Positions 27,247-40,154 of a stretch of 64,000 nucleotides of DNA are shown one piece after another. The notes under the pieces were generated by a model. That model was not told the DNA's origin, did not search any database, and worked only from the letters and a program-made list of their open reading frames with translations. This DNA is from Rhodocyclaceae bacterium. GTDB lineage: Bacteria > Pseudomonadota > Gammaproteobacteria > Burkholderiales > Rhodocyclaceae. The stretch spans positions 27,365-91,364 of the forward strand of contig JBJHDM010000006.1 of the NCBI GenBank assembly GCA_050486545.1, written 5' to 3'. The number at the start of each line of letters is the position of its first letter. Position 1 is the first letter of the stretch. The position numbers were made by a program, and so were the translations under genes.

Positions 27247-29247
27247 TCACCCGAGGTTCAGCCAGAAGGTCAGCAGCACGAACACGCCGATGATCATCGC
27301 GAATGCGTACTGGTACAGATGCCCGCTCTGGAACAACCGTGAAATCTGCGCGATCCAGCCGATCAGACGGGCCGAGCCATTGATCACGATGCCGTCGATG
27401 ACGGCACGGTCTCCACCCTTCCACAGCCCCGAGCCGAGCGAGCGTGCCCCACTGGCGAAGACGATCTCGTTGAAGCGGTCGAAGTAGTACTTGTTCTCGA
27501 GCAGCGTGTGGATCGGCTGGAAGCGGCGCTGGATTGCCGCCGGAATGTCCGGACGCACCAGGTAGAAGTACCAGGCCATTGCCACACCGCCCATCGCGAG
27601 CCAGAACGGCGCCGTCTGCAGGCCATGCAGCGCCATGCCGATCGCGCCGGTGTAGCCGGCCTCGAGTTGCGACAGGCCCACGTGGTGGTCGGCGACGAAG
27701 ATCGAGCTGTTGAACCAGGCGCCGAACAGCATCGGTTCGATCGTGAAGAAGCCGATCAGCACGGACGGCACCGCGAGCAGGATCAGCGGAACGGTCACGA
27801 CCCACGGCGATTCGTGCGGCTTCTCGCCCGGCGCTAGGCCATGATGGTGATCGTCTCCATGATGCGCGTCATGCCCGTGCGCCGCCTTGCCGAAACGCTC
27901 CTCGCCGTGGAAGACGAGGAAGTACATCCGGAAGGAGTAGAACGCAGTCACGAACACCCCGAGGAGCACGCAGACCATCGCGTAGCCGGCGCCGGGAATC
28001 GTCGCCGCACCGACAGCCTCGATGATCGAATCCTTGGAATAGAAGCCGGAGAACAGCGGGAAGCCGATCAGCGCCAGTGAACCGAGCAGCGAGGTGATCC
28101 ACGTGATCGGCATGTACTTGCGCAGCCCGCCCATCTCGCGCATGTCCTGGACATGGTGCATGCCGATGATCACCGAGCCGGCGCCGAGGAACAGCAGCGC
28201 CTTGAAGAAGGCGTGCGTCATCAGGTGGAATACCGCGGCGGAATACGCCGACACCCCCAGCGCAACGGTCATGTAGCCGAGCTGGGACAGCGTCGAGTAG
28301 GCCACCACACGCTTGATGTCGTTCTGCACGATGCCCAGGAAACCCATGAACAGCGCGGTGGTCGCACCGATCACGAGAACGAAGGACAGCGCCACGTCGG
28401 ACAGCTCGAACAGCGGCGACATGCGCGCGACCATGAAGATGCCGGCCGTGACCATCGTCGCGGCGTGGATCAGCGCCGAGATCGGCGTCGGGCCTTCCAT
28501 CGAATCGGGCAGCCACACGTGCAACGGTACCTGTGCGGACTTGCCCATCGCGCCGATGAACAGGCAGATACAGATCGCGGTGATGAGCGGCCAGCCGGTT
28601 CCGGCCATCTCCATCGCCGCGAGCTCGTCCGCCTTCGCGAACACCTCGGCGTAGTTGAGGCTGCCGGCGTAGGCGGCGATCAGACCGATGCCGAGCAGGA
28701 AACCGAAGTCCCCGACGCGGTTGACGAGAAAGGCCTTGAGGTTGGCGTAGATTGCCGTCGGCCGGTCGTGCCAGAAGCCGATCAGCAGGTAGGACACCAG
28801 GCCTACGGCTTCCCAGCCGAAGAACAACTGCAGGAAGTTGTTCGACATGACCAGCATCAGCATCGAGAACGTGAACAGCGAGATGTAGCTGAAGAAGCGC
28901 TGATAGCCGGGATCATCCTTCATGTAGCCGATGGTGTAGAGATGCACCATCAGCGATACGAACGTGACGACGAGCATCATCATCGTGGTCAGCGGATCGA
29001 TCAGGAACCCGATCTCGAACTTCAGTCCGCCGCTTTCCATCCACGTGTAGATCGTGCCGTTGAACAGGTTGCCGTTGCGCACGTCCTGGAAGATGACGAC
29101 CGAGGCGAGAAAGGAGATCAGGACGCCGAGGATCGTCACCCCATGGGCACCGGAACGCCCGAGCTGCCGACCGAACAGGCCGGCCAGGATCGCGCCGGCG
29201 AGCGGCGCCAGCGGAACGAGAAGGTAGAGCGCTTTCATGTCCGACAT
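27247..29247 (-). CDS. nuoL: NADH-quinone oxidoreductase subunit L
   Basis: 666 aa antiporter-like subunit with a long C-terminal extension. Operon position. Confidence 0.9.
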   Translation of the reverse strand: MSDMKALYLLVPLAPLAGAILAGLFGRQLGRSGAHGVTILGVLISFLASVVIFQDVRNGNLFNGTIYTWMESGGLKFEIGFLIDPLTTMMMLVVTFVSLMVHLYTIGYMKDDPGYQRFFSYISLFTFSMLMLVMSNNFLQLFFGWEAVGLVSYLLIGFWHDRPTAIYANLKAFLVNRVGDFGFLLGIGLIAAYAGSLNYAEVFAKADELAAMEMAGTGWPLITAICICLFIGAMGKSAQVPLHVWLPDSMEGPTPISALIHAATMVTAGIFMVARMSPLFELSDVALSFVLVIGATTALFMGFLGIVQNDIKRVVAYSTLSQLGYMTVALGVSAYSAAVFHLMTHAFFKALLFLGAGSVIIGMHHVQDMREMGGLRKYMPITWITSLLGSLALIGFPLFSGFYSKDSIIEAVGAATIPGAGYAMVCVLLGVFVTAFYSFRMYFLVFHGEERFGKAAHGHDAHHGDDHHHGLAPGEKPHESPWVVTVPLILLAVPSVLIGFFTIEPMLFGAWFNSSIFVADHHVGLSQLEAGYTGAIGMALHGLQTAPFWLAMGGVAMAWYFYLVRPDIPAAIQRRFQPIHTLLENKYYFDRFNEIVFASGARSLGSGLWKGGDRAVIDGIVINGSARLIGWIAQISRLFQSGHLYQYAFAMIIGVFVLLTFWLNLG

Positions 29248-29249
29248 CG

Positions 29250-29555
29250 TTAACCCTTGAGGCTGTCCAGATCATCCACGTTGATGCTGCGCAGGTTGCG
29301 GAACAGCACCACGAGGATCGCCAGGCCGATCGCGGACTCCGCCGCGGCCACCGTGAGAATGAAGAAAACGAAGATCTGCCCGGCCAGATCGCCGAGGAAG
29401 TGCGAGAACGCGATGAAATTCAGATTCACGGCGAGCAGCATCAACTCGATCGCCATCAGCAGCACGATCAGGTTCTTCCGGTTCAGGAAGATGCCCACCA
29501 CGCTGATGGCGAACAGGATCGCGCCCAGGATGAGGTAATGGGAAAGCGACAACAT
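29250..29555 (-). CDS. nuoK: NADH-quinone oxidoreductase subunit K
   Basis: 101 aa, three TM segments. Operon position. Confidence 0.9.
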   Translation of the reverse strand: MLSLSHYLILGAILFAISVVGIFLNRKNLIVLLMAIELMLLAVNLNFIAFSHFLGDLAGQIFVFFILTVAAAESAIGLAILVVLFRNLRSINVDDLDSLKG

Positions 29556-29598
29556 TAGAAACCCCCTGATTGCACCGGCATCCGTACCGTCGCAGTGC

Positions 29599-30201
29599 TC
29601 ATTCTTTTTCGCTCGGCATCGAGACCAGCTTCACCCGGTCCTCGCGCTTCGCCGCAATCTGATCTGCCGGATTCAGGTACCGGCCTCCCTTGCGCTTCCT
29701 GAGCGTCAGCGTGACCGCTGCCACCATTGCCACCAGCAGGATCAGCGAAGCCAATTCGAACGGATAGACATACTCGGTGTAGAGCACGCGACCGATCTCA
29801 TGCGTGTTGCTGTAGTTCTCCTGCGCGGGCGGCGGCTCGGGCATCGCCTCGAGGCCGAAGTAACGACCGCCCAGCACCAGCGCCATCTGCACCGCGAGCA
29901 GGATGCCGACCAGGCCGCCGACCGGAAGATGCTTCCAGAAGCCCTGTCGCATGCGTTCGACGTTGATGTCGAGCATCATCACGACGAACAGGAACAGCAC
30001 CATCACCGCCCCGACATAGACAAGGATCAGGATGATCGCGAGAAACTCCGCTTCCAGCAGCATCCAGATCCCGCTCGCAGTGAAAAACGACAGCACGAGG
30101 AACAGCGCCGCATGCACCGGGTTCTTCGCGGTGACGACACGGATCGCCGCGAAGATCAGGATCGAGGCCATCACGTAGAAGACGAAAGTCTTGAATTCCA
30201 T
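29599..30201 (-). CDS. nuoJ: NADH-quinone oxidoreductase subunit J
   Basis: 200 aa membrane subunit. Operon position. Confidence 0.9.
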   Translation of the reverse strand: MEFKTFVFYVMASILIFAAIRVVTAKNPVHAALFLVLSFFTASGIWMLLEAEFLAIILILVYVGAVMVLFLFVVMMLDINVERMRQGFWKHLPVGGLVGILLAVQMALVLGGRYFGLEAMPEPPPAQENYSNTHEIGRVLYTEYVYPFELASLILLVAMVAAVTLTLRKRKGGRYLNPADQIAAKREDRVKLVSMPSEKE

Positions 30202-30234
30202 GTTCGAATCACTGGCGCCTCCCGGCGCCCTCCC

Positions 30235-30720
30235 TTAGCGGTATTTGGCGTCGGCTTCCCGGTCGGCTGCGATCTGCGCCTCGTATCGATCCCCGACGGC
30301 AAGCAGCATCTGCTTGGTGTAGTAGAGGTCGCCGCGCTGCTCGCCGTGATACTCGAGTACCCGGGTCTCGACGATCGCATCGACCGGACACGCCTCCTCG
30401 CAGAACCCGCAGAAGATACACTTGGTCAGGTCGATGTCGTAGCGCGTCGTACGACGGGAGCCGTCCTCGCGCTGGTCCGACTCGATCGTGATCGCCATCG
30501 CCGGACAGACCGCCTCGCACAGCTTGCAGGCGATGCAGCGTTCCTCACCGTTCGGATAGCGACGCAGCGCATGCAGCCCACGGAAGCGGTGGCTCTGCGG
30601 CGTTTTCTCTTCCGGGTACTGCACGGTGATCTTGCGTGCGAAGAGATGACGGCCCGTGACCGCCATGCCCTTGACCAGTTCCTTCAGGAACAGGCTACCG
30701 AAGTATTCCTTGGCGCCCAT
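30235..30720 (-). CDS. nuoI: NADH-quinone oxidoreductase subunit I
   Basis: 161 aa. [12 protein letters not shown] and [12 protein letters not shown] motifs. Confidence 0.95.
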   Translation of the reverse strand: MGAKEYFGSLFLKELVKGMAVTGRHLFARKITVQYPEEKTPQSHRFRGLHALRRYPNGEERCIACKLCEAVCPAMAITIESDQREDGSRRTTRYDIDLTKCIFCGFCEEACPVDAIVETRVLEYHGEQRGDLYYTKQMLLAVGDRYEAQIAADREADAKYR

Positions 30721-30727
30721 GTCCGCC

Positions 30728-31777
30728 TTACCTCCAGATCGACAGCGGGGTCATCATCCACACCGCCACGACGATGACCCACACGATCGTGATGGGAATG
30801 AACACCTTCCAGCCGAGACGCATGATGTGGTCGTAGCGGAAGCGCGGGAACGTCGCCCGCGCCCACAGGAAGAGGAACAGGATGAACGCGGTCTTCAGCG
30901 CGAGCCAGTGGAAGCCGTCGGGCAGGAACCCGACCGGCGACAGCCAGCCGCCCAGGAACAGGATCGAGGTCATGACCGACACCAGGATCATGTTCGCGTA
31001 CTCGCCGAGGAAGAACAGCGCGAAGGTCATGCCCGAGTATTCGACCATGTGTCCGGCGACGACCTCGGCCTCGCCCTCGACCACGTCGAACGGCGCCCGG
31101 TTCGTCTCGGCGATGCCGGAAATGATGAACACCACGAACATCGGCAGCAGCGGCAGCCAGTTCCAGGAGAGGAAGGACAGCCCCATGTCGTGGAAGCGCC
31201 CCTGCCCTTGCGACATCACGATGTCGGACAGGTTGAGGCTCGCCGAGATGAGCAGCACGCAGATCAGTGCGAAACCCATCGCGACCTCGTAGGAGATCAT
31301 CTGCGCCGAGGCGCGCATCGCTCCGAGGAAGGGATACTTCGAGTTCGACGCCCAGCCGGCGATGATCACCCCGTAGACTTCGAGCGACGTCACGGCGAGC
31401 AGGAAGAGCAGGCCCGCATTGATGTTCGCGAGCACGACCCCTTCCGAGAACGGAATCACCGCCCAGGCGACCAATGCGGGCGCCAGCGCGAAGATCGGTC
31501 CGAGGATGAACAGCCCCTTGCTGGCCCCCGACGGTACGACGATTTCCTTGAAGAGGAGCTTGAGGCCATCGGCCATCGGTTGAAGCAAACCGAGCGGACC
31601 GACGCGGTTCGGGCCGATCCGCACCTGCATGTAACCGATGATCTTGCGCTCGAAATAGGTCAGGTAGGCCACGCACAGCATCAACGGAGCGATGATCGCG
31701 ACGATCTTGACGAGGGTCCACACCAACGGCCAGGTCGGGCCGAACAGTTGCGCGACCGGTTGCAGCATCTGTTCCAT
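30728..31777 (-). CDS. nuoH: NADH-quinone oxidoreductase subunit H
   Basis: 349 aa. ATG at 31777 overlaps the nuoG stop by 1 nt (TGATG). [21 protein letters not shown] motif. Confidence 0.9.
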   Translation of the reverse strand: MEQMLQPVAQLFGPTWPLVWTLVKIVAIIAPLMLCVAYLTYFERKIIGYMQVRIGPNRVGPLGLLQPMADGLKLLFKEIVVPSGASKGLFILGPIFALAPALVAWAVIPFSEGVVLANINAGLLFLLAVTSLEVYGVIIAGWASNSKYPFLGAMRASAQMISYEVAMGFALICVLLISASLNLSDIVMSQGQGRFHDMGLSFLSWNWLPLLPMFVVFIISGIAETNRAPFDVVEGEAEVVAGHMVEYSGMTFALFFLGEYANMILVSVMTSILFLGGWLSPVGFLPDGFHWLALKTAFILFLFLWARATFPRFRYDHIMRLGWKVFIPITIVWVIVVAVWMMTPLSIWR

Positions 31778-34116
31778 CACATGCGCTCCATGCTGATTTC
31801 GCCGCTGATCGGACCGAGCGAAGCCGTCGCTGCATGACCGGCCGCGACGCGCACGCATCCGGCGGCGACCGTCTCGTCGGCCAGCGCCACGAGTTCGGCA
31901 CTTGCGTCGCCCTGGCGAACGCGCACGCGTTCACCCGAAGCGATTCCGAGCGAATCGAGGGTCGCCAACCTCGCCCGCGCCTGCGGAACGGCCGCATCGC
32001 GCGTGCGCTGCAGCGCAGCGGAACGGCGCACCAGCGGATCGGCAAAGTGGATCGGCACGTCCGCAATTCGCTCGAGTCCGTCACCCCCCCGTGCCGGCAC
32101 GGCAAATGCGATCGGCTCGACTGCGTTGTCGAGGCGCGAGGCGACGTCCGCGCCAAGCGCCTCGGCAAGCACCGCTTCGGAATCGTTGAATCCGAAGCCT
32201 TCGACCGACAGCAGGTTTCCGAGCACCCGCAGGACCTTCCAGGCCGGACGGGCCTGACCGCGCGGACGGGCCACGGCAGTGAAGGACTGTGCAACGCCTT
32301 CGCAGTTGACGAAGGTTCCGGACGTTTCCGCAAAGGGTGCGATGGGCAGCAGCACGTCGGCCGTTTCACGCAGGGACGACGAATCGAAGGCCGTCAGCGC
32401 AACCACCAGCCGGGCCCCACCGAGCGCCCGCATCGTGCCGGCGGCATCGGCGAAGTCGCGATCGGGTTCCGCCCCGACGAGCACGCAGCCCTTCACCGGA
32501 GATTCGACCATGCGCCGTGCATTGAGGCCCTCGGCAGCCGGAACGGCGCCGGCGAGATAGCCTCCCACCGAATTGGCCGCCTCGCCGATCACGCCGAAAA
32601 CGCCACCGGACAGTCGTGCGAGTTCCTGGGCCAGTTGCTCGAGCACCGCGTAGTGCCGGTCCTGGACTGCAAGATTCCCGAGCCAGATCGCGACCTTGCG
32701 ACCACCGGCGAGGCTTTCCGCGATCGCGCGCGCATCCTCACCGACGGTTTCGGGTCGGACTCCTGCGATCACATCCGAGACTTCCATCCCCTTGCAATCA
32801 GCGAGTGCGAAGACGACCTCCAGCAGCGTCGAAGCCATCGCCGCAGGCGCGACCAAAGCCCGATGGCGAACCGGCAGCAACCAGTCGTCGGCCGTCGGAT
32901 GGACCACGCTCACCTGCAGGCCGTGCCGGGCCGCCTGGCGCACGCGCTGCGCGAGCAAGGGGGTGTCCTTGCGCAGGAAGCTGCCGACGACAAGCAGGCG
33001 GTCGAGGTCGGCGACGCCGGCGATCGGCATCCCCAGCCACGGCGCACCGCGACGCTTGCCGTCCGCTGCAAAGTCGCTCTGGCGCAGGCGGAAATCGACG
33101 TTGTCCGAACCGAGACCGCGCACCAGCTTCTGCGCGAGGTAGAGTTCCTCGACGGTCGAATGCGGCGACAGCAATGCCCCCACGGCATTCGCACCCTCCT
33201 CGGAAACGACCGTCTTCAGATGGTTGGCCGCGAACTCCAGCGCATGCTGCCAATCAACCGCCTTCCACCGCCCGCCCTCGCGGATCATCGGTTCGGTCAA
33301 CCGTTCGTCGCTGGTCAGTCCTTCGTACGAAAAGCGGTCCTTGTCCGTCAGCCAGCATTCGTTGATCGCCTCGTTCTCGAGCGGCAACACGCGCTTGACG
33401 GTGTCGTGCTTGACCTGGACGATCAGGTTCGCGCCCAGCGAATCGTGCGGGCTGACCGACTTGCGCCGCGCCATCTCCCAGGTCCGGGCGGAGAAGCGGA
33501 ACGGCTTGGACGTCAGGGCGCCTACCGGACACAGGTCGATGATGTTGCCCGACAGTTCCGAATCGACGGTCTTCTCGATGAACGGCATGATCTCGGCGTG
33601 TTCACCGCGGAAGGCCTGGCCCAGCTCCATCTCGCCGGCGATCTCCTGCGTAAAGCGCACGCAGCGGGTGCAGTGGATGCACCGGGTCATGTCGGTCGAA
33701 ACCAGCGGCCCCAGGTTCTTGTTGAACACCACCCGCTTCTCTTCCTGGTAGCGCGACTGGCTCGCGCCGTAGCCCACGGCCAGGTCCTGAAGCTGGCACT
33801 CGCCACCCTGATCGCAGATCGGGCAGTCGAGCGGATGGTTGATGAGCAGGAACTCCATCACGCCCTTCTGGGCCTTGATCGCCTGCTCGGAGTGGGTCCA
33901 CACCTTCATGCCGTTGGTCACCGGCGTCGCACAGGCCGGCAGCGGCTTGGGCGCCTTTTCGACCTGCACGAGGCACATGCGGCAGCTCGCGGCGATGGAC
34001 AGTTTCTTGTGGTAGCAGAAATGCGGGATATAGGTTCCGGCCTTGTTCGCAGCATCCATGATGGTGCTGCCGTCCTCGACCGTGACCTGCTTGCCGTCGA
34101 TTTCGATCTCTAGCAT
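31777..34116 (-). CDS. nuoG: NADH-quinone oxidoreductase subunit G
   Basis: 779 aa. N-terminal 2Fe-2S/4Fe-4S motifs ([11 protein letters not shown]...[15 protein letters not shown]). Confidence 0.95.
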   Translation of the reverse strand: MLEIEIDGKQVTVEDGSTIMDAANKAGTYIPHFCYHKKLSIAASCRMCLVQVEKAPKPLPACATPVTNGMKVWTHSEQAIKAQKGVMEFLLINHPLDCPICDQGGECQLQDLAVGYGASQSRYQEEKRVVFNKNLGPLVSTDMTRCIHCTRCVRFTQEIAGEMELGQAFRGEHAEIMPFIEKTVDSELSGNIIDLCPVGALTSKPFRFSARTWEMARRKSVSPHDSLGANLIVQVKHDTVKRVLPLENEAINECWLTDKDRFSYEGLTSDERLTEPMIREGGRWKAVDWQHALEFAANHLKTVVSEEGANAVGALLSPHSTVEELYLAQKLVRGLGSDNVDFRLRQSDFAADGKRRGAPWLGMPIAGVADLDRLLVVGSFLRKDTPLLAQRVRQAARHGLQVSVVHPTADDWLLPVRHRALVAPAAMASTLLEVVFALADCKGMEVSDVIAGVRPETVGEDARAIAESLAGGRKVAIWLGNLAVQDRHYAVLEQLAQELARLSGGVFGVIGEAANSVGGYLAGAVPAAEGLNARRMVESPVKGCVLVGAEPDRDFADAAGTMRALGGARLVVALTAFDSSSLRETADVLLPIAPFAETSGTFVNCEGVAQSFTAVARPRGQARPAWKVLRVLGNLLSVEGFGFNDSEAVLAEALGADVASRLDNAVEPIAFAVPARGGDGLERIADVPIHFADPLVRRSAALQRTRDAAVPQARARLATLDSLGIASGERVRVRQGDASAELVALADETVAAGCVRVAAGHAATASLGPISGEISMERM

Positions 34117-35429
34117 GACGGGCTCACGTAGATTTGGCTGCCCTCGTACTGGACTTCCGGCGGCACGAGGCATTTCTTGTGTTCGATGTGGTACTCGAAC
34201 TCCGGACCGAAGTGCTTGACGAAACTCTGGACCGGCATCGAGGCGGCATCGCCGAGCGCACAGATCGTGCGCCCCATGATGTTGGTGGTGACGGAATTGA
34301 GCAGATCGAGGTCATCGGGGCGGCCTAGCCCGTTCTCGATCCGATGGACCACACGGTACAGCCACCCGGTCCCCTCGCGGCAGGGCGTGCATTGGCCGCA
34401 GGATTCCTCGAAATAGAAGTACGAGAGCCGCTCCAGCGCCTTGACCATGCACACTGTCTCGTCCATGACGATGACCGCGCCCGAACCGAGCATCGAACCC
34501 GCCTTGGAGATCGAGTCGTAGTCCAGCGTGCAGTCCATCATGATCTCGCCCGGCACCACCGGCGAGGACGAACCGCCCGGGATCACCGCCTTGAGCTTGC
34601 GCCCGCCACGCATCCCGCCCGCCATCTCGAGCAGTTCGGCGAACGGCGTGCCCATCGAGACCTCGTAGTTGCCCGGCCGGTTGACGTGGCCTGAGATCGA
34701 GAAGATCTTGGTACCGCCGTTGTTCGCCTTGCCGAGATCGAGAAACCCCTGGCCACCCATGTTCAGGATGAACGGCACCGACGCGAAGGTTTCGGTGTTG
34801 TTGATCGTCGTCGGCTTGCCGTAGAGGCCATAGCTCGCCGGGAACGGCGGTTTGAATCGCGGCTGGCCTTTCTTGCCCTCGATCGACTCGAGCAGCGCGG
34901 TCTCTTCGCCGCAGATATAGGCGCCGTAGCCGTGGTGCGCGAACAGTTCGAACGAGAAGTCGGAACCGAGGATGTGCTGTCCGAGCAGGTTCGCCGCGCG
35001 CGCCTCCTCGAGAGCCTCCTCGAAACGCTCGTAGATCTCGAAGATCTCGCCGTGAATGTAGTTGTAGCCGCGCGCCGCGCCCATCGCGTAGCCGGCGATG
35101 ATCATGCCTTCGATGACGCTGTGCGGGTTGTAGCGCAGGATGTCGCGGTCCTTGAAGGTCCCGGGTTCGCCCTCGTCGGAGTTGCAGCACAGGTACTTGT
35201 CACCCGGAAACGAGCGCGGCATGAAGCTCCACTTCAGGCCGGTCGGGAACCCGGCCCCGCCGCGACCGCGCAGCACCGACAGCTTCAGTTCGGCGATGAT
35301 GTCCTCGCCCGGCGTCTTCTCCGCGACGATGCGCTTAAGCGCCGCGTAGCCACCGCGTGCCATGTAGTCCTGGAGCCTCCAGCTGCGGTCGCCGTCCAGG
35401 CCGGCGAGGATCAACGGGTGCGCGCTCAT
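34110..35429 (-). CDS. nuoF: NADH-quinone oxidoreductase subunit F
   Basis: 439 aa. [17 protein letters not shown] motif and [12 protein letters not shown] motif. Confidence 0.95.
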   Translation of the reverse strand: MSAHPLILAGLDGDRSWRLQDYMARGGYAALKRIVAEKTPGEDIIAELKLSVLRGRGGAGFPTGLKWSFMPRSFPGDKYLCCNSDEGEPGTFKDRDILRYNPHSVIEGMIIAGYAMGAARGYNYIHGEIFEIYERFEEALEEARAANLLGQHILGSDFSFELFAHHGYGAYICGEETALLESIEGKKGQPRFKPPFPASYGLYGKPTTINNTETFASVPFILNMGGQGFLDLGKANNGGTKIFSISGHVNRPGNYEVSMGTPFAELLEMAGGMRGGRKLKAVIPGGSSSPVVPGEIMMDCTLDYDSISKAGSMLGSGAVIVMDETVCMVKALERLSYFYFEESCGQCTPCREGTGWLYRVVHRIENGLGRPDDLDLLNSVTTNIMGRTICALGDAASMPVQSFVKHFGPEFEYHIEHKKCLVPPEVQYEGSQIYVSPSC

Positions 35430-35905
35430 TTCGACTCCAGATCGGCCAGCAGCTGGTCGATCTTCTCCTTGGTCATCCAGCTGCACATGCGATGGTTGTT
35501 GTGCAGGAGCACCGGCGCGTCTCCGCAGGCCCCCATGCACTCCCCCTCCTTGAGCGTGAACTTGCCGTCGGGCGTCGTCTCGTTGAAGCCGATCCCGAGC
35601 TTCTCCTTGAGATAGTCGGCCGCATGCACGCCACCCGACAGTGCGCAGGGCAGGTTCGTGCAAACGGTGATCTTGTGACGGCCGACCGGCTCGAGGTCGT
35701 ACATGTTGTAGAAGCTCGCAACCTCGTAGGCGGCGATTGCCGGCAGATCGAGGTAGTCCGCGACGAATGCGATCGTCTCTCGCGACAGCCAGCCTTTCTC
35801 CACCTGGGCGATCCGCAGCGCCGCCATCACGGCCGAGCGCTTCTGGTCCGGCGGATACTTGGCGATCTCACGATCGATCTGTTGCAGTGATTCCTGACTC
35901 AGCAT
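35426..35905 (-). CDS. nuoE: NADH-quinone oxidoreductase subunit E
   Basis: 159 aa. 2Fe-2S Cys pattern (CTNLPC...CMGACGDAP). Confidence 0.95.
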   Translation of the reverse strand: MLSQESLQQIDREIAKYPPDQKRSAVMAALRIAQVEKGWLSRETIAFVADYLDLPAIAAYEVASFYNMYDLEPVGRHKITVCTNLPCALSGGVHAADYLKEKLGIGFNETTPDGKFTLKEGECMGACGDAPVLLHNNHRMCSWMTKEKIDQLLADLESK

Positions 35906-35949
35906 CTTCTAGCCCGTCTTCCCGATTGCCTGCCTGTATATGTCCCGAC

Positions 35950-37203
35950 TCAGCGGTCGATGTCGCCAAAAACGATATCCATCGTTCCGATGATCGCTAC
36001 CACGTCGGCGATCATGTGGCCACGCGACATCGCATCCATCGCGGCCAGGTGCGCGAGACCCGGCGACCGGAGCTTCAGCCGGTACGGTTTGTTCGCGCCG
36101 TCCGAGACCGCATAGACGCCGAACTCGCCCTTGGGGTGCTCGACGGCCGCATACACTTCGCCCTCGGGGACGTGCATGCCCTCGGTGAAGAGCTTGAAGT
36201 GATGGATCAGCTCTTCCATGTTGGCTTTCATCTTCTCGCGCGGAGGCGGTGCGACCTTGTGGTTGTCGACGATGACCGGCCCGGGGTTCTTACGCAGCCA
36301 GTCGATGCACTGGCGCACGATCCGGTTGGACTGGCGCATCTCTTCCATGCGAACCAGATAGCGGTCGTAGCAGTCCCCGGTCTTGCCTACCGGAATGTCG
36401 AAGTCGAGCCGGTCATAGACCTCGTAGGGCTGCTTCTTGCGCAGGTCCCATTCCACGCCCGATCCGCGCAGCATCGGGCCGGTAAACCCCCACGCAAGCG
36501 CCTGCTCGGGGGTGACCACGCCGATGCCGACGGTGCGCTGCTTCCAGATCCGGTTGTCGGTCAGCAGCGTCTCGTACTCGTCGCAATACCTCGGGAAGCG
36601 CTCCGTGAAGTCCTCGAGGAAATCGAGCAGAGAGCCCTGCCGCGCTTCGTTGAGTTCGCGAACGGTCTTCTCGTTCTTGAAGCGATTGACCTCGTACTGC
36701 GGCATGCGGTCGGGCAGATCGCGATAGACGCCACCCGGCCGGTAGTAGGCCGCGTGCATGCGCGCGCCCGACACGGCCTCGTAGAGGTCCATCAGGTCCT
36801 CGCGCTCGCGGAAGGTGTAGAGCACCATTGTCATCGCGCCGATGTCGAGCGCGTGGGTCCCCACCGCGAGCAGATGGTTCAGGATCCGCGTCACCTCGTC
36901 GAACATGACCCGGATGTACTGGGCGCGCTCCGGAACCTCGATGCCGAGCAGGCGCTCGATCGCCATGCAGTACGCGTGCTCGTTGCACATCATCGACACG
37001 TAGTCGAGCCGATCCATGTAGGGGACCGACTGCAGCCAGGTCCGCGTCTCGGCGAGCTTCTCGGTACCCCGGTGAAGCAGACCGATATGCGGATCGGCGC
37101 GTTCGACGACCTCGCCGGAGAGTTCGAGCACCAGACGAAGCACCCCGTGCGCCGCCGGGTGCTGCGGACCCATGTTGATCGTGTAGTTGCGGATCTCAGC
37201 CAT
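35950..37203 (-). CDS. nuoD: NADH-quinone oxidoreductase subunit D
   Basis: 417 aa. [15 protein letters not shown] motif. Confidence 0.95.
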   Translation of the reverse strand: MAEIRNYTINMGPQHPAAHGVLRLVLELSGEVVERADPHIGLLHRGTEKLAETRTWLQSVPYMDRLDYVSMMCNEHAYCMAIERLLGIEVPERAQYIRVMFDEVTRILNHLLAVGTHALDIGAMTMVLYTFREREDLMDLYEAVSGARMHAAYYRPGGVYRDLPDRMPQYEVNRFKNEKTVRELNEARQGSLLDFLEDFTERFPRYCDEYETLLTDNRIWKQRTVGIGVVTPEQALAWGFTGPMLRGSGVEWDLRKKQPYEVYDRLDFDIPVGKTGDCYDRYLVRMEEMRQSNRIVRQCIDWLRKNPGPVIVDNHKVAPPPREKMKANMEELIHHFKLFTEGMHVPEGEVYAAVEHPKGEFGVYAVSDGANKPYRLKLRSPGLAHLAAMDAMSRGHMIADVVAIIGTMDIVFGDIDR

Positions 37204-37801
37204 GGCCGACGTCCCCGTAGTTTTCCTCGCGCACGATCCGCGGCGCGTTCTCGCGCGGCTCGATGGTCACCGGCTGGTACACAACCCGGCCGGCCTCGGG
37301 GTCGTAGCGCATCTCGACATAGCCCGTGATCGGAAAGTCCTTGCGGAACGGATGGCCGACAAAGCCGTAGTCGGTCAGCAGTCGACGCAGGTCGGGATGC
37401 CCGTCGAACAGGATGCCGTAGAGATCGAAGACTTCGCGTTCGTACCAGTTCGCGCTCGCCCACAGCGGAACGATCGAATCGAGCACGGGAAATCCGTCCT
37501 CCTCGGCGAAGATACGCAGGCGAAGCCGCCAGTTGTGCGCAATCGAGAGCAGATGATTCGATACCGCGAAGCGCTTGCCGCCCCACTCACCGTTCTTCCA
37601 GGCCGAGTAGTCCAGGCCGGACATGTCGAGCAGCTGTTCGAAGCGCAGTTCTGGGTGATCGCGCAGCGTACGGGCGACCTCCAGGTAATCCGCAGCCCCC
37701 ACTTCCGCCGTCAGTTCGGCGCGATCGAGAACCACCGACTTGAGCCGATCGCCCAGCACTTCCTGCAGCGTTCGACTCAGACGTTCAAGCTTTGCACTCA
37801 T
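37196..37801 (-). CDS. nuoC: NADH-quinone oxidoreductase subunit C
   Basis: 201 aa. ATG at 37801. [21 protein letters not shown] motif. Confidence 0.9.
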   Translation of the reverse strand: MSAKLERLSRTLQEVLGDRLKSVVLDRAELTAEVGAADYLEVARTLRDHPELRFEQLLDMSGLDYSAWKNGEWGGKRFAVSNHLLSIAHNWRLRLRIFAEEDGFPVLDSIVPLWASANWYEREVFDLYGILFDGHPDLRRLLTDYGFVGHPFRKDFPITGYVEMRYDPEAGRVVYQPVTIEPRENAPRIVREENYGDVGHG

Positions 37802-37814
37802 GGATGCCTGCCCT

Positions 37815-38291
37815 TCAGCGCGCGATGGTGTTCGTGCGTTTGATCTTGTTCTGCAGCTGGAGGATGCCGTACAGCAGTGCCTCGGCCGTCGGCGGACAGC
37901 CGGGAACGTAAACGTCAACCGGCACGATTCGGTCGCACCCGCGCACGACCGAGTAGGAATAGTGGTAATAGCCCCCGCCGTTGGCGCAGGAGCCCATCGA
38001 GATCACCCATCGCGGCTCGGCCATCTGGTCATAGACCTTGCGAAGCGCGGGGGCCATCTTGTTGCACAGCGTTCCTGCCACGATCATCAGGTCGGACTGG
38101 CGCGGACTGGGCCGGAAAACGACTCCGAAACGATCCAGATCGTAGCGGGAACATCCCGCATGGATCATCTCCACCGCGCAGCAGGCCAGACCGAACGTCA
38201 TCGGCCACAGCGAGCCGGTACGCGTCCAGTTGATGACCGCGTCGAGCGAGGTCGTGACAAAGCCCTCGCGAAAGACGCCTTCAATGCTCAT
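37815..38291 (-). CDS. nuoB: NADH-quinone oxidoreductase subunit B
   Basis: 158 aa. GLACCAVEM and GCPP motifs. Confidence 0.95.
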   Translation of the reverse strand: MSIEGVFREGFVTTSLDAVINWTRTGSLWPMTFGLACCAVEMIHAGCSRYDLDRFGVVFRPSPRQSDLMIVAGTLCNKMAPALRKVYDQMAEPRWVISMGSCANGGGYYHYSYSVVRGCDRIVPVDVYVPGCPPTAEALLYGILQLQNKIKRTNTIAR

Positions 38292-38294
38292 GCC

Positions 38295-38669
38295 TCACTC
38301 CCAGTCGAGGGCACCGTTCTTCCACTCGACGATGTAGCCGATCACCAGCACCGCCAGGAACACCATGACGGAACCGAACACGAACCAGGCGACCTCTCCG
38401 GCCGCGATGAACTCCTGAAACACGGTGGCCCAGGGGAACAAGAACGCAATCTCGAGATCGAACAGAATGAAAAGAATGGCGATGAGGTAGTAGCGCACGT
38501 CGAACTTCATGCGGGCGTCTTCGAACGCCTCGAAACCACACTCATAGGGAGACAGCTTCTCACTGTCGGGACGATGGGGCGCGAGAACGCGACCCAGAAT
38601 GACCGGAACGAAACCGAAGCCGAGACCGACGAGGATGAAGATCAGAACAGGAAAATAGTTTTCCAGCAT
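38295..38669 (-). CDS. nuoA: NADH-quinone oxidoreductase subunit A
   Basis: 124 aa. [10 protein letters not shown] motif. First nuo gene. Confidence 0.95.
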   Translation of the reverse strand: MLENYFPVLIFILVGLGFGFVPVILGRVLAPHRPDSEKLSPYECGFEAFEDARMKFDVRYYLIAILFILFDLEIAFLFPWATVFQEFIAAGEVAWFVFGSVMVFLAVLVIGYIVEWKNGALDWE

Positions 38670-38734
38670 CGCACGCCCCCCAGCCGCGATCGGAATCGGA
38701 AGATTCCTACAATTTTGCGCACTGCAACATGAAG

Positions 38735-38754
38735 TCGCCCGCGAAAGCGGGCGA
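38735..38754 (-). terminator. stem-loop between tRNA-Leu and nuoA (terminator-like, weak U-tract)
   Basis: TCGCCCGC-GAAA-GCGGGCGA, a perfect 8-bp stem with a tetraloop. No strong T run follows on the minus strand. Confidence 0.35.
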
Positions 38755-38765
38755 TTTCAGATACC

Positions 38766-38850
38766 TGGTGCCGACGGTGAGACTCGAACTCACACGGCTT
38801 GCGCCACCACCCCCTCAAGATGGCGTGTCTACCAATTTCACCACGTCGGC
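38766..38850 (-). tRNA. tRNA-Leu (anticodon GAG)
   Basis: The reverse complement reads GCCGACGTGGTGAAATTGGTAGACACGCCATCTTGAGGGGGTGGTGGCGCAAGCCGTGTGAGTTCGAGTCTCACCGTCGGCACCA. It has a 7-bp acceptor stem, a long variable arm, the GTTCGAGTC T-loop, the anticodon loop TTGAGGG, and an encoded CCA. Confidence 0.9.
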
Positions 38851-38912
38851 ACGTTCTCTGGAACTCAAAAATTATAACCTATTTTGCGCAGTGCGCAAAT
38901 CCGGGAAACAAC

Positions 38913-39281
38913 TTATCTGGGGATCGAACGAGTCCGCGGATCCTGCTCTGCGGGCACGCCACTCCGATCGCCTTCGACCGCAGGCAGGGTCGGCACGGCG
39001 CCTTCCATGACGCTGGCAGGCTGCGTGGGCGTACCACTGGCCAGATAGGCCAGACCCAGGCTCGTGAGAAAGAAGGTCGTCGCCAGTGCGGCCGTGGTCC
39101 GGCTGAGGAAATTCGCCGAACCCGACGACCCGAACATGCTGCCCGACGCGGCGCCACCGCCTCCACCGAATGCCGCTCCGGCATCGGCCCCCTTGCCGTG
39201 CTGCATCAGCACCAGGCCGATCACACTCAAGCCAACCACGACGTGAATCGTCAGCACTACCGAAAATAGATAACTGCCCAT
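38913..39281 (-). CDS. secG: preprotein translocase subunit SecG
   Basis: 122 aa. [19 protein letters not shown] motif. ATG at 39281. Confidence 0.9.
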   Translation of the reverse strand: MGSYLFSVVLTIHVVVGLSVIGLVLMQHGKGADAGAAFGGGGGAASGSMFGSSGSANFLSRTTAALATTFFLTSLGLAYLASGTPTQPASVMEGAVPTLPAVEGDRSGVPAEQDPRTRSIPR

Positions 39282-39300
39282 TTGCCGCTTCACTCCTCGT

Positions 39301-40059
39301 TCAGACACACCGGGACGGCACCGCCGCCCCGCAGATTTCCGTAAAATCGGCCGCCACAAGCGACGCACCGCCAATCAACCCGCCGTCGCAATCGGGAAGG
39401 CCGAACAGTTCGGCGGCGGTATCGGCTTTGACACTCCCGCCATACAGAACATTCACCGCGGCCGAGTTCTGCGTGTGCGCCGCAAGCCAAGCTCGAATCC
39501 ACGACAACACCTGCCGGACCTGATCCGGCGTTGCCGCCCGACCCGTCCCGATCGCCCACACCGGCTCGTAGGCGATGACGACCTGCTCCAACTGCGAGGC
39601 GTCCAGTGCAACGCCGAGCGCATCGAGCTGCCGACCGAGTACGGCTTCGACACGTGCCTCCTCTCGCTCGTCCAGCGTTTCGCCGACACAGACGATCGGC
39701 CGCAGCCCCGCCCGTAGCACCGCAGCCGCCTTGCTCGCCACCGTGTCATCGGTTTCCCCGAACAACGCCCGTCGCTCCGAATGTCCGACGATCACGTACG
39801 TGCAGCCGAACTCCGCGAGCATCCCGGCACTGACTTCCCCGGTATACGCCCCTTCCGGATACTCGCTCACGTTCTGTGCGCCCAGCGCCACCGGCGAACC
39901 CCGAAGCAACTCGGCCGCCTGGGCGAGATACGGAAACGGAACACACACGGCGCATTCCACGCCATCGGGAACGGATGCGGAGACCACCTCGAGCAACGAC
40001 CGATTCGCCGCCAGGCTGCCATTCATCTTCCAGTTGCCGACGACGAGTTTCGGTTTCAT
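39301..40059 (-). CDS. tpiA: triose-phosphate isomerase
   Basis: ~252 aa. [21 protein letters not shown] and [12 protein letters not shown] motifs. ATG at 40059 (GTG at 40065 is an alternative). Confidence 0.95.
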   Translation of the reverse strand: MKPKLVVGNWKMNGSLAANRSLLEVVSASVPDGVECAVCVPFPYLAQAAELLRGSPVALGAQNVSEYPEGAYTGEVSAGMLAEFGCTYVIVGHSERRALFGETDDTVASKAAAVLRAGLRPIVCVGETLDEREEARVEAVLGRQLDALGVALDASQLEQVVIAYEPVWAIGTGRAATPDQVRQVLSWIRAWLAAHTQNSAAVNVLYGGSVKADTAAELFGLPDCDGGLIGGASLVAADFTEICGAAVPSRCV

Positions 40060-40154
40060 CCGCACAGGCCCGGAAAATTCGCCATTCTAACGTGAGATCG
40101 ATGGGCGAGCCAAGCTTCGGAACCTCGTGACTGCGTTACGCCAGAAACCGCCGC